From the NCBI GenBank assembly GCA_965204575.1, contig OZ241993.1, positions 1,280,001 through 1,344,000 of the forward strand: a stretch of 64,000 nt of DNA, given 5' to 3'. This document shows, piece by piece, positions 62,120-64,000 of the stretch. The stretch comes from an uncultured candidatus Porisulfidus sp. (GTDB taxonomy: Bacteria; Pseudomonadota; Gammaproteobacteria; Poriferisulfidales; Poriferisulfidaceae). Position numbers and translations under genes: made by a program. The notes beneath the pieces were generated by a model, which was given only the letters and a program-made list of their open reading frames with translations, had not been told where the DNA came from and ran no database searches. Each line of letters opens with the position of its first letter. The stretch's first letter is position 1.

Positions 62120-62437
62120 TGGGAAAAACTGGATCGATAATGGGACTTCCGGTCGGTTGCTGTTGATTCACCCAGTGGGTGAAACGCTTGCACCGCCAGG
62201 TTCAACTGCTTTGCGCAGTTATTGCGCGGTCAGCCAGGGTTTCTCTTCCTTGTCTCTCGCTGTGTTGACTCGCGGGTCAGGGCTGCGACTGGCAGGGTGC
62301 GACGAGACTACGAGAGTGTACGGAACTACGGAAGGAGAAGTCTCCCATTTGTGATACAATGGCGGAAGCATTCACGAGGTTGCTTCCCGGTGGCTGCTTT
62401 CCGCGGCACGGAAAGGGGCCGAAGGAGGTTAAATCCC

Positions 62438-62782
62438 ATGCGGAAATTATCCGTTTTATTTGCTGTCGTGATCTGTACGCCTGTTTTCGCGGGCAGCACC
62501 CTAGCCCCGAAACCAGACACGGCGTATCTCTGCAAGGAGAGCTATGAGACTGGATCCAATGCGAGGCATTCCTGCAACGGAGAGTCCTTTCACACGGTTA
62601 ATGACACCGACGCGAGAGTGGCCGCACACTGCGAGACCCACACGGCGAGGGAATGGCATCCCACGGAAATTACCCTCAACGCCGACTATTGCGGCGACCT
62701 GAGCAACTGCAACGGAGTCCTGACCAAGGGGCCGTGCAAGGATTGCGTGGACAAGAGGACGATGCGGAAGGTCGAGTGTTGA
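62438..62782 (+). CDS. Small secreted Cys-rich protein, CVNH-like half-domain
   Basis: RBS AAGGAGGT, signal peptide, SC...AHC...TEITL...SNCNGVL pattern. Confidence 0.65.
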   Translation: MRKLSVLFAVVICTPVFAGSTLAPKPDTAYLCKESYETGSNARHSCNGESFHTVNDTDARVAAHCETHTAREWHPTEITLNADYCGDLSNCNGVLTKGPCKDCVDKRTMRKVEC

Positions 62783-63002
62783 CCGCAACGTTGACGCTGC
62801 GAGCAATGTCTCGCGGTTCCGGTTGCCGCAAGTGCTGCAGTGCCGGAAGTCGGCCAGTAACCGGTTGCTAATTCTGCCGGCCGCCGTCGGCGTGCTGGGC
62901 GGAAACCGTGCACCAAGCCGGGCCTCTTCAAAGGCCCGCCTGTCGGGTATACGCTGAAGGGCAACAGCAGGATCATTCTCCGGGCAAGAACCTGGAGAGG
63001 GT

Positions 63003-63623
63003 CACGGTCCGGTCTGCACCCTGCTGGTGTTCATCGACGATGCCACCAGCGAACTGCTGGCGTTGCGCTTCGTGCCGGTGGAGGACACCCGGGCTATCTG
63101 GGCCTGTTCCGAGAGTATGTGTGCCGCTATGGCCGGTCGGGCATCCTGTACACCGACCGGTACAGCGTGTTCCGGGTCAACCAGATCGGCAAGGAGGACT
63201 GCGAGACGCAGTTCGACCAGTCCTGGTCTGCGAGGGACTGGACGGGCAGGTTCGGGTGTTCCGCCGGGAGGCCGAGTTCGACTGGGCGCACGAGTTGCAG
63301 GTGACGGTGCTGAGGGAGAGCCGGTCGCGGGTTCAGGATGCGGACACCAAGGACCTGAACCGGGTCGTGAATCAAAAACTGGCCCAGGCCGCCGGCCCGA
63401 GCTACGTGCCGCTGCCGGATTATCCGTGGCGGAAGATGGGTCAGGTGGCGGTCGCGCTGGCTGAGGCGCGAAACGCCCAATCCGCTTCTTCGACCGGCGT
63501 GAATCCTTGAAAAATCCAGCCGATGAGCGGCTCGGCGCTTGACCCGGGGGGATTTCCATGAAATCCCGGGCTGCCGCCCGCCAATCCAACCGCAAAAGGG
63601 GAAATTTTAACTTTGTGTTGACA
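63003..63623 (+). mobile_element. ISNCY-type transposase remnant with right end
   Basis: Frameshifted pieces CTLLVFIDDATSELLALRFV, YTDRYSVFRVN..TQF, PDYPWRK; terminal AAAGGGGAAATTTTAACTTTGTGTTGACA. Confidence 0.8.
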
Positions 63624-63899
63624 CGGCCTGCCCCGATCCGCGAGCTAAGGCGATTTTGAGGGTTTTTCGAAGGTTGGAGGCTCGCCGCCACGGATTTTGA
63701 ACTGGAATGTGGCGAACCGGGGTGGATTTCTGGCGGAAAGAGGCAAGCCTCGCCCGATTTCCCGGTTTTCCGGCATGAGCGCGCAGGGCTTCGCAGGCCG
63801 CCCGCGGGCGGCCTCAAGGGACTCCATGCAGCAGGAGGTCAGGAGGTGTCGTAGGCCAGGCTGCGGCTCATTCGCCCCAGCGCCCGGTGTAGCTGATGC
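63624..63899 (+). repeat. Degenerate non-coding repeat, copy 2
   Basis: Collinear with 61884-62119 but carries two extra internal segments; begins immediately after the IS end. Confidence 0.8.
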
Positions 63900-64000
63900 A
63901 CCCGCGACGGCTGGAACCGCAACCGCTGCACGCGGGCATGCCGCACCACTCGGGCCACGAGGGTCACCCAGTGTCGGCGCACCTGCTTCATCCGCGCCCA

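Overview
High-GC gammaproteobacterial chromosome segment. The core backbone comprises yqgE-ruvX-pyrR-pyrB-pyrC'-pyrK-proC-yggT, metA, tatD, fabA, dinB, nrdAB, coq7, nth-metG-apbC-dcd, eno-ftsB-ispDF, yoaA-tsaB and mutL-miaA-hfq-hflX. Accessory blocks interrupt it: (1) a CarH/LitR-like MerR regulator with degenerate B12 motifs, divergent from an atypical AlkB/XylM-type diiron enzyme; (2) a minimal RiPP locus with a fused E1-YcaO cyclodehydratase and an NHLP precursor whose core is only about 5 residues (VLFCT); (3) an orphan DUF2857-like protein that reads as a single-chain FlhD-FlhD-FlhC; (4) an EGKCG-repeat precursor/DoxX/DUF692/DUF2063 (oxazolin/bufferin-type) RiPP cluster; (5) an 8.5-kb integrase-less island bounded by an 82-bp duplication of the nth 3' end, encoding three PD-(D/E)xK-bearing proteins (AAA-DUF4143, a NACHT protein with a C-terminal nuclease, and an MmeI-like R-M enzyme); (6) a smaller insertion (subtilase remnant plus vapBC), apparently also bounded by a duplicated gene 3' end; (7) a secreted Cys-rich CVNH-like protein and an ISNCY remnant between two degenerate ~240-275 bp repeats. 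No tRNA, rRNA or CRISPR array was seen. All calls come from reading motifs by eye; no database searches were run.
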